This document shows positions 18,586 to 27,654 of a DNA stretch of 55,314 bases, one piece after another. Position 1 is the stretch's first letter. Each line of letters begins with the position of its first letter. The position numbers were made by a program, and so were the translations under genes. Source of the DNA: a virus (lineage: Duplodnaviria; Caudoviricetes). Where the stretch lies: positions 1-55,314 of IMG/VR virus record IMGVR_UViG_3300049009_000899. One strand, written 5' to 3'. The notes beneath the pieces were generated by a model that searched no databases, had not been told where the DNA came from, and worked only from the letters and a program-made list of their open reading frames with translations.

Positions 18586-19179
18586 CTATTTAACGCTCGA
18601 ACATTCGATATTGCTCACGAAATAGAGATATTTCTCGTAAGCCTCGGAAAGCGAGTCGTACTCGCCCATCTGAAGCTGGTTTTTCATCTTTTCCTCGTCG
18701 ACCCAATTTATTCTCGGTATGGAGTCCTTCAGGTTGAGCTGCCTCTGTATGAGGTCTAGACCCTTGCCGTCCCGAAGGTTGGCGTGCGTGAGAAACGTGG
18801 ACCCTGGAGTCCTCTTAGCCAGCTCGCATATCCTCCTGATCCTGTACAGGTAATATCTCTTGGCGTGATCCCTGCTGTAGGCTCCGGATCCTATCAAGTA
18901 GTCGATTGAAGCCTCTGGCTCGCGGACAACATACACGAAATTGCAGCACGAGAGGATCGACCTGTCCGAAATCTGGTAGTTGTAGAGCAGGTGGTCCATG
19001 TATATTCTGGAGTTGTTCATCAACTTGTGCTTGTTTCCGGTAAGAGACATGAGCCTGATGCTGCTCGAGTAAACATTGTTGGAGAAGAATCCCTGTATCT
19101 TGGGATGCGCGTTGAGGGATTCATAGAGCGAACCGCTTCCCGAACCAAGATGGCTGACCAAAAACAAAACTTTTTTCAT
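18586..19179 (-). CDS. Sulfotransferase-like P-loop protein
   Basis: FLVSHLGSGSGSLYESLNAHPKI (5'-PSB-like loop followed by HP) and YVVREPEASI (3'-PB-like). Confidence 0.6.
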   Translation of the reverse strand: MKKVLFLVSHLGSGSGSLYESLNAHPKIQGFFSNNVYSSSIRLMSLTGNKHKLMNNSRIYMDHLLYNYQISDRSILSCCNFVYVVREPEASIDYLIGSGAYSRDHAKRYYLYRIRRICELAKRTPGSTFLTHANLRDGKGLDLIQRQLNLKDSIPRINWVDEEKMKNQLQMGEYDSLSEAYEKYLYFVSNIECSSVK

Positions 19180-19247
19180 TTGTAACCCAAAAAAGTCAAA
19201 AAAATAGATATCTATTGAACTTATACTAAGTTAAATAGAGGAACACT

Positions 19248-21776
19248 ATGACACTTTGGTCAGATTTTTTTAAGCTATTTACATATGCCAACGAGAAAGA
19301 TCCGCTAACAAAGACGAAAGACGCTTCCAAATTCTCGGGAGCGGGCATATCTCAGGCTGACGCACTCCAGACCGGCGGCGAGCTTGTCGCTGGACAGGGT
19401 CCGAGCAATTACGTAAATCTGCGCCAGACCTACGACATGATCGACACCACGACCCTTGGTAACCGATCCATGCGGTACAAGGAGTACGAGAGGCTTCGGA
19501 ACCTGCCGGAGATAGAGATGGCGATGACCGTTTTCGCCGACGAGGCTTGCGTCGCCGGAGACACCAAGATAGCGACGCCGTTCGGATTCCAGACCATAGA
19601 GTCGCTTGTCAGGGACAAGGCGGACGAGAGGTTCCTTGTCTACTGCTATGACTTCGAGAAAAGCGACTACACCCTTGGATGGGCTTACGCGCCAAGGCTG
19701 GTAAGGAAAGCCAAGACCGTCAATATAGTACTGGACAACGGCAAGACAATAACAGCCACGCACGACCACAGGATACTGAAAAGGAACGGCGAGTGGACGA
19801 CATGCGGCGAACTCAGGTTCGGCGACGAGCTAATGCCTTTCTACAGGATACCCGCGAACCAGAACCACAACGACCTCAAATCCAACCTCTTCCCGAGACT
19901 GTACAGCTTCGAGAAGGGATGGGTGCACGAGCGGCAGTTCATCGACGACTGGAAAAACGGGAAGACAAGCCCGGAATACGAGAAGGTCAACAGGGCTGCG
20001 AGGCTGATATGCGGCGACATCTCGGTGAGGCAGATAGCCAAGATCATGGACCGCGACTGGAACACGGTCGAGAACTGGATGCACAAGAACGGCTTCACCC
20101 TCAAGGAACTGCGGCACCTGGCGAAAAACAAGACCGTGCGGAAGGTCGTCGGCGTGTCGGACGGACCGGAGACGGAAGTCTACGACATATCCGTGGAGAA
20201 ACACAAGTGCTTCGCCACCGACTCGGTGATACTGCACAACTGCCAGAAGAACGATGACGGGAACGTACTCAAGATAGACTGCAAGAACGACGATATCCGC
20301 AAGGAGCTCGAGTTCCTGCTCCTGAACCGCAAGATGCTCAACATAAACAGGTACGCCTATGTCTACTTCAAGGACCTGATAGTGCACGGCGACAAGTTCT
20401 TCGAGGTCGTGATAAACCCGGATAACCCGTCCGAGGGCATATACAAGATTGTTCCCCTGCCGGTCGACACCATGTACAGGATCGAGACCATCAAGGGAAG
20501 GCTCGTGGAGTTCCAGCAATCCAAGGAAGGTCCGGACTACCAGTCGATAGCCCGTGGCGACGTGTCGCAGATGAGCGACGCCGAACTGGCTCAGTCCACA
20601 GCCATACGGTTCGCCCCCACCCAGGTTCTCCATATAAGGATAGGAGACGACAGGAAGAACTTCTACCCGTACGGTCAGTCCCTCATAGAGCCGGCTAGGG
20701 GTCCAGCCCACCAACTGAGGCTGATGGAGGACGCCATGGTCGTATACAGATTGGTAAGGGCTCCCGAGCGAAGGGTGTTCTACATAGATGTCGGTCAGCT
20801 TCCGCCGTTCAAGGCTGAGGCTTTCATAGAGAGGCTCAAGGACCAGTTCCGCAAGAGGAAGACCGCGAACAACCGAGGCTCGGTCGGAGCAAACATGGTC
20901 GAGGAGCGTTGGCAGCCACCGGCGCAGGACGAGGACTTCTGGATCCCCACGAGACCGAACGCGAACAGCAGGATCGAGACCCTTCCCGGAGCGCAGAACC
21001 TCGGCGAGATAGACGACGCCCTCTATTTCAGGAACAAGCTGTTCATAGCCCTGAACTTCCCGAAGAACTACTTCTCCAGCGAGGACGTCAACGCCACGAG
21101 GATAACGCTTTCGGCTCAGGACGTGAAATTCGCCAGGATGATCGAGAGGTTGCAGTCGAACTTCGAGGACGCCATGATAGACCTGTGCGAGAGGCATCTC
21201 GAACTGCGCGGCTATCCGCAGGAGATGTACCATGACCTGAAGGTCAAGATGACGCCTCCGTCAGACTGGAGGGAACTGTCAAGGGCTGAGGTGAGGACCG
21301 CGAGGTTCACGAACGCCGGCGCGCTCAAGAGCGGCATCCTGATGTCCGACTACGACATATACACGAAGATACTCATGTATTCCGACGAGGACACCTCGAT
21401 GATGCTCAGCAGGCTCAAGCTCCAGAAACTGGAGGACCTGAAGATACAGATCATGTCGCAGAACCCGCAGCTCCTCGGGGTCGGTGTTCCAAACCAGCAG
21501 TCGCCGGACACGGAAGTCGGAGCCGAAGCCGGCGGTCCGACGCCGGAACTCGCAGCCGGGGGAGCACCACCGGAAGGCGTACCTCCAGAAGGAGCCCCGG
21601 AAGGAGCACCGCCAGGAGCACCGCCGGAGGATACGGACGAGAAGTCCAAGCCGGGAGACTCGGCTTCGGAAGTACCGATACCGTCCGAGGACGACATCAA
21701 GAAGTACAACATGGAGATCAAGGACTACAGGACGGACATGGACTACGAGGACAAGGACACCAGCTACTTGAGCTGA
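19248..21776 (+). CDS. gp20: Portal protein (T4 gp20-like), intein-containing
   Basis: PYGQSLIEPAR, LRLMEDAMVVYRLVRAPERRVFYIDVG, EDFWIP, IETLPGAQNL are gp20 family signatures. Confidence 0.93.
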   Translation: MTLWSDFFKLFTYANEKDPLTKTKDASKFSGAGISQADALQTGGELVAGQGPSNYVNLRQTYDMIDTTTLGNRSMRYKEYERLRNLPEIEMAMTVFADEACVAGDTKIATPFGFQTIESLVRDKADERFLVYCYDFEKSDYTLGWAYAPRLVRKAKTVNIVLDNGKTITATHDHRILKRNGEWTTCGELRFGDELMPFYRIPANQNHNDLKSNLFPRLYSFEKGWVHERQFIDDWKNGKTSPEYEKVNRAARLICGDISVRQIAKIMDRDWNTVENWMHKNGFTLKELRHLAKNKTVRKVVGVSDGPETEVYDISVEKHKCFATDSVILHNCQKNDDGNVLKIDCKNDDIRKELEFLLLNRKMLNINRYAYVYFKDLIVHGDKFFEVVINPDNPSEGIYKIVPLPVDTMYRIETIKGRLVEFQQSKEGPDYQSIARGDVSQMSDAELAQSTAIRFAPTQVLHIRIGDDRKNFYPYGQSLIEPARGPAHQLRLMEDAMVVYRLVRAPERRVFYIDVGQLPPFKAEAFIERLKDQFRKRKTANNRGSVGANMVEERWQPPAQDEDFWIPTRPNANSRIETLPGAQNLGEIDDALYFRNKLFIALNFPKNYFSSEDVNATRITLSAQDVKFARMIERLQSNFEDAMIDLCERHLELRGYPQEMYHDLKVKMTPPSDWRELSRAEVRTARFTNAGALKSGILMSDYDIYTKILMYSDEDTSMMLSRLKLQKLEDLKIQIMSQNPQLLGVGVPNQQSPDTEVGAEAGGPTPELAAGGAPPEGVPPEGAPEGAPPGAPPEDTDEKSKPGDSASEVPIPSEDDIKKYNMEIKDYRTDMDYEDKDTSYLS
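19548..20240 (+). mobile_element. Intein (231 aa) in portal protein
   Basis: Starts C-VAGDTKI (block A), ATHDHRIL (block B TxxH), VYDISVE (block F), ends ILHN followed by +1 Cys. Confidence 0.92.
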
Positions 21777-21789
21777 TGCATATGAGGTA

Positions 21790-22050
21790 TTGAAAATGAT
21801 GACGGAAAACCAGTTGGCTCAATTGAGCTTCAAGAACAAAAGCCTGCAGGCTATATCGAAGAACGCCGGATGCTACCACTGCGTGAAGTCGTTCTCCGCC
21901 TCGGACATAAAGGAGTACACGGACTCCGGGGAGACCGCGCTGTGTCCGCTGTGCAAGGTTGACGCCGTGGCTTTCGACTGCACCGGTTACGACCTTGGCG
22001 AGGCTAGCCTAGCCAAGGCGAACAGGTACTGGTTCGGCAAGACGAAGTGA
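21790..22050 (+). CDS. Small Cys-rich zinc-binding protein
   Basis: GCYHC...TALCPLCKVDAV. Confidence 0.7.
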   Translation: MKMMTENQLAQLSFKNKSLQAISKNAGCYHCVKSFSASDIKEYTDSGETALCPLCKVDAVAFDCTGYDLGEASLAKANRYWFGKTK

Positions 22051-22350
22051 CTACATTCCCTCTGGAGGAGCTCCAGCCGAAGCATCTTCGCCTTCGGAAG
22101 ACTTGTTCGCCATGGCGGTTTTAAGTTTGGCAATCATAGGTCTTAATTCCGTTTCCGTTTCCGAAGCCGAGTCTATGATGTTGACGATCTTGTTCAGGAT
22201 GGATGGGTTCTCGGCGACGGCTTGCTCAAGCGCGTTGAAGAACTTGTTCATGACGCCCTTCTGCATTGTAGTGAGACCTTCTCCCTGATCCTTGCCGAAT
22301 TGCTGGTCTGACATACCCATGTCTTCCATGAATTGAAAAAACGTTTTCAT
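22051..22350 (-). CDS. Small protein with CTS-like N-terminus (possible internal head protein)
   Basis: MKTFFQFMED resembles T4 CTS MKTYQEFIAE; GAGGT RBS. Confidence 0.65.
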   Translation of the reverse strand: MKTFFQFMEDMGMSDQQFGKDQGEGLTTMQKGVMNKFFNALEQAVAENPSILNKIVNIIDSASETETELRPMIAKLKTAMANKSSEGEDASAGAPPEGM

Positions 22351-22574
22351 TTTTACCTCTGTAATATATTTGAAACTATGCTCTATATAGTAAGCACGAC
22401 TTTTTTTTTGCCATCATGACGCGTTGTGGGCATGGCTGTTTTCGGAGCCATTCCACATTTTGTTATTTTAACAAGAAAATATTTGGGATAGTGCAATATA
22501 TAACTCAATGAAACGGCATATGTAAATAGTGCTGGATAAATCAAGTAACCTAAAGCACAGGGAGTTGATCAGAC

Positions 22575-24413
22575 ATGAAAAGAAAACTTATAAGCTTCGA
22601 AGCGTTCAGGAAACTGGAAGAGAATTCACTTACCAGGGCGGAAAAAGAACTAATACAAGCCGAAGACGTACTCGGCAAGGCTCTCGGAATCGACGTTGAG
22701 CTTCACTGCTTCAACGAGAGCGAAGCCACATACAAGACCGCGGATGACAACTTCATCCACGCAGTCTACAAGATAGAGAACGACCACGTACTGTTCGAGA
22801 ACATGCAGGAACTCGTCATCGACGAGGAATCCAGCAAGAAAAGCGCCCGCCAAGCCATTTCGGAAATGGTCGACGCAATCATAGACAGCAAGGAAGCGGT
22901 AGCCGACGAGAAATTCGACGAGTATTTCTCCATGCCCAACGTCCGCAAGGAACTCAACGAGGGCAAGAGACTGATCTTCAAGCTTTCCAAGCCAAAAGGA
23001 CGCTCCCCGCTCAAAAACAAAGTACAAACATCAAAAACAATAGCCGCCAGAAAGTTAGGCATGAAGAAAGCCAGACGACTGAGGACTGGAAGCCAGAAAA
23101 AAGCTCGCGCGCTGCTTCTCGCGAAGGCGCACAAGGCGCTCGGCAAGCAAAGCAAGGGCTCGCGCAAGAGGGTATACATCCGGACGGCAGCCGCCATGAA
23201 GGAATGGTCCAACCTGTGCGAGAACGTGTACGGGTACATAGAATTCAAGAACTTCGGTCACGTGGTCAAGGAATCAACGATCGTGCCGGACTCCAACGGA
23301 AACATCATTGGAATCGCCATTCCAACCATGAAGAAGAGGAACGAGGGCAAGATACTTTCCCTCGGATACAAGACACCAGACACCGAACTCAAGATCCTGC
23401 GCGGCACCGCCAAGAAGATCAACGAGGACCAGTCCTTCGTGAGGGCGATAGCGGAACTCAAGAGATACAACAACGTGTCCGACAACTCGGCTCTGGAGGA
23501 AACCCTGGAAAACGTAGTCAGCAAGTGGCCGTCCGTGCTGTGCCTGACGCAAGGGGAACTCACTTCCACCGTGGCTGAGGCTCTCGAGATAGCGAACGTG
23601 AGAAACTATGACGACAGCACCTGCCAGTTCATAGCGGAAGCCATCCTCCGAACGGCGCACAGCGCCTACACCGACAGGGTGAGGAAGATCGGCAACATGG
23701 CTGGATCAAGGACCGACATAACAGCGGAATGCAAGACATGCAAGGACTCCTACGCCGAGTTCCAGAAGGTAGCCTTCGGCTTCTTCTCGAAGCTCGACGA
23801 GAACGACAACATAGACATGAAGGTCTTCTCGGACCTCTACAAGGCTCTCCACGAGATCCACAAGAGCGCATCCGTGGCGAAAGACGAGGTCACGAGAGTC
23901 GAGACCGCAAGCCTCATGTCCGATTGCGAATCAGTGCTGAACAGGGCTTCCCAGCCATCGCTGGAACTAGCCGAGGCGATTTCCGACTACATCTCCGATA
24001 TCCTCGAGGGCAACCTCGACAACTCCGGCGAATGGTCGGACTCCGAAGTACACACGTCCGTGGGCGGCGAACACCCTAGAACCAGCTGGAACGCGAAGCA
24101 GACCGACGCGGTGCCAAGCAAGTTCAACGGCAACGACGAATACGGCGTCAACAGGGCTCCGGTGAGCGACGGCAAAGACTTCGGCGGCGAGGAGGAGATG
24201 ATGCACCAGGCATTCTCCAACATCGGCGGCGAGGACGTGTGGCCGTCCCTCAGCAACCCATACATACCAAGCCCGCTCGAATTCACGATGAAGGGCGAAA
24301 AGGGAGCGGACAAGGACAACGACGACCTGGGCACCAACCAGTCGGACGACACTTGGCCGAACCTCTCGAACCCGATGCACCCTAAGAGAGAAACACCCTC
24401 TGAAGTAAAATAA
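22575..24413 (+). CDS. Large head-assembly/prohead core-associated protein
   Basis: Immediately upstream of protease-scaffold-capsid; basic central segment; acidic tail with duplicated WPxLSNP. Confidence 0.65.
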   Translation: MKRKLISFEAFRKLEENSLTRAEKELIQAEDVLGKALGIDVELHCFNESEATYKTADDNFIHAVYKIENDHVLFENMQELVIDEESSKKSARQAISEMVDAIIDSKEAVADEKFDEYFSMPNVRKELNEGKRLIFKLSKPKGRSPLKNKVQTSKTIAARKLGMKKARRLRTGSQKKARALLLAKAHKALGKQSKGSRKRVYIRTAAAMKEWSNLCENVYGYIEFKNFGHVVKESTIVPDSNGNIIGIAIPTMKKRNEGKILSLGYKTPDTELKILRGTAKKINEDQSFVRAIAELKRYNNVSDNSALEETLENVVSKWPSVLCLTQGELTSTVAEALEIANVRNYDDSTCQFIAEAILRTAHSAYTDRVRKIGNMAGSRTDITAECKTCKDSYAEFQKVAFGFFSKLDENDNIDMKVFSDLYKALHEIHKSASVAKDEVTRVETASLMSDCESVLNRASQPSLELAEAISDYISDILEGNLDNSGEWSDSEVHTSVGGEHPRTSWNAKQTDAVPSKFNGNDEYGVNRAPVSDGKDFGGEEEMMHQAFSNIGGEDVWPSLSNPYIPSPLEFTMKGEKGADKDNDDLGTNQSDDTWPNLSNPMHPKRETPSEVK

Positions 24414-24421
24414 GGAGAATC

Positions 24422-25108
24422 ATGAGCGATAGCAACATGTTACTTGTAGACTCCTGCAACAACGGCGGATTTTTCCTGAACCTAAGCGAGTCGACCGACA
24501 AGGGTCTCGTCAAGTTCAAGGGCAAGTTCCAGGAAGCCGAAGCCGTGAACAAGAACAAGAGGATGTACCCATACTCTGTGCTTGACGAGAACGTGAAGAA
24601 GCTGATACCGATAGTGAAGGCTAGGGGTCTGGTCGGGGAACTAGACCACCCGACCGACTCCATCATCCACTTCGAACACGCCTCCCACGTCATCACGAAA
24701 CTGTGGTGGGACGGGAACAACCTTATGGGCGAGGGAGAGATCCTGAACACTCCATACGGGAAAATACTCAAGGCTCTCATCAACGACGGCGTCCGGGTCG
24801 GAATATCCAGCCGCGGCGTCGGGAACGGGAAAGTGGACGAGAACGGCATCCTTGTCATCGGCGAGAGCTACAAGCTCCTCACCTTCGACGCCGTAGCCGA
24901 CCCAAGCACCAACGCAGCCTTCCAGGAGAAGGTCGTCAGTTCAGGGGGAAGCAAGAGGGAGAGTTACGTTCCATCGAATAATTGTGTGGAATCTTCTGCT
25001 AAAAACGAAAGCAGGAGCATACATAGAGTTAGCAAAGAAGCGTTAATTGCTTGCTTGGGTGGAATAATCGAGGATCAAACAAAGAACATTAAGTCGAGAA
25101 TTGTTTGA
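24422..25108 (+). CDS. gp21: Prohead core protease (T4 gp21-like)
   Basis: NKNKRMYP, GELDHP, GISSRGVG, TFDAVADPS. Confidence 0.93.
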   Translation: MSDSNMLLVDSCNNGGFFLNLSESTDKGLVKFKGKFQEAEAVNKNKRMYPYSVLDENVKKLIPIVKARGLVGELDHPTDSIIHFEHASHVITKLWWDGNNLMGEGEILNTPYGKILKALINDGVRVGISSRGVGNGKVDENGILVIGESYKLLTFDAVADPSTNAAFQEKVVSSGGSKRESYVPSNNCVESSAKNESRSIHRVSKEALIACLGGIIEDQTKNIKSRIV

Positions 25109-25151
25109 TTATTTCTTATAACGAAAAACTAGCAAAAGTGAGGTTAGGCTA

Positions 25152-26051
25152 ATGGAAAAGATAATGGAAGCAATCAAGAAACTTTTACCAGAATCCGACG
25201 TGAAGGAAGTATCCTCTGCCATCGGCGAGATGCTCGAACAGGCTAAAACCAATCTCGAGAAAGAATACAACGAGAAGCTGGAAGAAGCCTACACCGAACT
25301 TTCTGGTGAGTTGAAGGGTGCGGAAAAAACAGCGGAGAAAGGCTACGAAGAGGCTTACGCCATCATCGCGGACCTTCGCAACAGACTTGAGGTTCAGGGA
25401 GAGGAATACAAGCAAGCCCTCGAAGAGGGTTATGAGGAAGCCTACCAGATGCTCAAGACCGAAAGATCAAAGAACAACGGTATCGAAGTGGAACTCTACG
25501 AGGAATACGACAAGAAGCTACTCGAGATGAAGGAATACATCGTCGACAAGGTCGACCAGTTCCTCCAAGTCAAGGGTCATGAGATCTACGAGCAGGCTCG
25601 CAAGGACATCCTCAGCGACCCACGCCTCGCGGAACACAAGGTCGTACTCGACAGAATCGTCGACATCACCAGCAACTACATGTCCGACGACGACATGAAC
25701 AACGTCTCCTCAGCCAAGCTCGAGGAAGTCAACAAGAATCTTGATGAACTCAAGGGTCAGCTCCGAATCATGGAAGCGAGAAACATACGTTTGTCGACCG
25801 AGAACACCAAGCTAAACGAAAACATGCGCCATGCTACAAATTTGGTTACAGAGCATAGAAAGGCTAATGTATCGAGCAGGAAGTCTGAAGTAATCACAGA
25901 ACAGAAAGAAAGATCAGAAAAGGCACAGAACGTAACGGGGAGAGGACAAAAGATAGTTGAGAGGGAAGTTGTCATTGCGGAAAATGCCAGCTCCTCCAAC
26001 AGTGACTTAGACCAAATTTTGGTTCTTTCTGGTGTTAAGAAAGCCCAATAG
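25152..26051 (+). CDS. gp22: Prohead scaffold/core protein (T4 gp22-like)
   Basis: Glu-rich coiled coil located between protease and capsid genes. Confidence 0.75.
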   Translation: MEKIMEAIKKLLPESDVKEVSSAIGEMLEQAKTNLEKEYNEKLEEAYTELSGELKGAEKTAEKGYEEAYAIIADLRNRLEVQGEEYKQALEEGYEEAYQMLKTERSKNNGIEVELYEEYDKKLLEMKEYIVDKVDQFLQVKGHEIYEQARKDILSDPRLAEHKVVLDRIVDITSNYMSDDDMNNVSSAKLEEVNKNLDELKGQLRIMEARNIRLSTENTKLNENMRHATNLVTEHRKANVSSRKSEVITEQKERSEKAQNVTGRGQKIVEREVVIAENASSSNSDLDQILVLSGVKKAQ

Positions 26052-26079
26052 AGCCTGTATCTAACCTAAAGGAAAAAAA

Positions 26080-27516
26080 ATGAACGCAAACTCAAGATTT
26101 TTGAATGAAGCTAAGGAGTTAGAAACTCGCTGGGGCAAGACTGGTCTCCTCGAAGGTATCGAAGACCGCTATGTTCGCGCCGCCACCGCAGTTCTACTCG
26201 AAAACCAACGCCTTGTGAACGAAGTGTCAACCGACACCGCCGACATCGCACAATTCAAACGAATCTCCATACCATTGGTTCGTAGGATTTACCCGCAATT
26301 GATCGCAAACAAGATCGTATCCGTCCAGCCATTGCTCGGACCAACCGGTCTCGTTTACTATCTCCGATTCCGTTATTCATCCAACAAGGGTGCGACCCGA
26401 GGCGCCGACAACAATGGCGGCTTCCCAGGCGATGACGCGAATTCCCTCATGCAGAAGGCTGACGGTACCGCCAACCTAGACATCTTCTACTCCCACCAGT
26501 TCGTCCAGAACGAGAGAAGTAGCATTGATGCCGGCGCGGACACAACCTCAGTGTTCAGCCCATTGGAACACACCCCTATCCTAGCTGGAACCGTGACCGG
26601 AACCATCTACAAGGGCGCAACCGCGGTACAGACATTCAGCGTGAGCAGCGGCGGCGCGTTCAGCTTCACCCCGATCGGCAGCCCAACCGATTTCGTGCAG
26701 GCTGGATCAGTCGACGTGACTTCAGGCGAGATCACCTTGACCTGGAACAACGCTCCTGGCACCAACAACCTTGTTCTGAGCTACGAGGCAAACCTCGAGT
26801 GCTCGCAAGACCTCCCAGAAATCAATCTAGTCATTGAATCTGAGGACATCACTGCCAAAACCCGAAAGTTGAAAGCAGTCTGGTCTTATGAAGCCCAACA
26901 GGACCTTCGCAGCCAACACAACCTGGACGCCGAAGCTGAATTGACAGCTGTATTGGCACAGGAAATCAACCTCGAGATCGACCGAGAAGTACTCACCGAT
27001 CTTCGACAGAACGCCGGTACCGTCACAGCTTGGGACTTCAACACCAGCTTGGGTGATACCATCAAGGAAAAATACGAATCACTGTACGTGAAGATCGTCG
27101 AAATCTCATCCGTTATCCATCGTAAGACTCTGCGCGGCGGCGCCAACTTCATCGTGACCTCACCTGAAGTCGCTTCGATCTTCGAAACCGCTACCGCAGG
27201 CTTTGCCCCAGCTCCTAGCGAGACATTCACAAGCTCCCTCGGCATCCAGTATGTCGGGACCGTGAACAATCGTTGGAGACTGTACAAAGACCCATTGTTC
27301 CCAAGCAACCAGTTGCTCATGGGTTACAAGGGCGATTCCTACCTTGACTCCGGATACTTCTACTGTCCTTACGTGCCATTGACCCAGACTCCAGTCGTTC
27401 TCGATCCAGAGAGCTTCTGCCCGAGAAAAGGTATTTTGACTCGCTACGGGAAGAAACTTCTACGTGAGGGCGCCAAATTCTACGCCCGCATGTCAATCGC
27501 AAATTTCGTGATTTAG
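26080..27516 (+). CDS. gp23: Major capsid protein (T4 gp23-like)
   Basis: AVLLENQ, VSVQPLLGPTGLVYYLR, AKTRKLKA.WS.E..QDL, EINLEIDRE, YCPYVPL, TRYG. Confidence 0.96.
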   Translation: MNANSRFLNEAKELETRWGKTGLLEGIEDRYVRAATAVLLENQRLVNEVSTDTADIAQFKRISIPLVRRIYPQLIANKIVSVQPLLGPTGLVYYLRFRYSSNKGATRGADNNGGFPGDDANSLMQKADGTANLDIFYSHQFVQNERSSIDAGADTTSVFSPLEHTPILAGTVTGTIYKGATAVQTFSVSSGGAFSFTPIGSPTDFVQAGSVDVTSGEITLTWNNAPGTNNLVLSYEANLECSQDLPEINLVIESEDITAKTRKLKAVWSYEAQQDLRSQHNLDAEAELTAVLAQEINLEIDREVLTDLRQNAGTVTAWDFNTSLGDTIKEKYESLYVKIVEISSVIHRKTLRGGANFIVTSPEVASIFETATAGFAPAPSETFTSSLGIQYVGTVNNRWRLYKDPLFPSNQLLMGYKGDSYLDSGYFYCPYVPLTQTPVVLDPESFCPRKGILTRYGKKLLREGAKFYARMSIANFVI

Positions 27517-27538
27517 TCATAAAATTGCAAACAACATA

Positions 27539-27575
27539 ATAAAAGCCCCAAATTTATTTGGGGCTTTTATTTTTT
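27539..27575 (+). terminator. Intrinsic terminator after the capsid gene
   Basis: ataaaagccccaaat-tt-atttggggcttttat followed by a T run. Confidence 0.85.
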
Positions 27576-27654
27576 ACCACAATAAACCCATTGAATCAAA
27601 AGACGATTAACGTTACCATATATAGAACAAAACCTTTTCAAGGGCAGAATATAT

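Noticed and set aside
19830-21233. 467-aa antisense ORF inside the portal, and many similar antisense or overlapping ORFs
   Set aside because: Shadow ORFs expected from C/G-ending codon bias on the coding strand; no motifs or RBS
21540-22085. GAPPEG shared by the portal tail and the 22051..22350 protein tail
   Set aside because: Short low-complexity Pro/Gly/Ala match that could easily arise by chance
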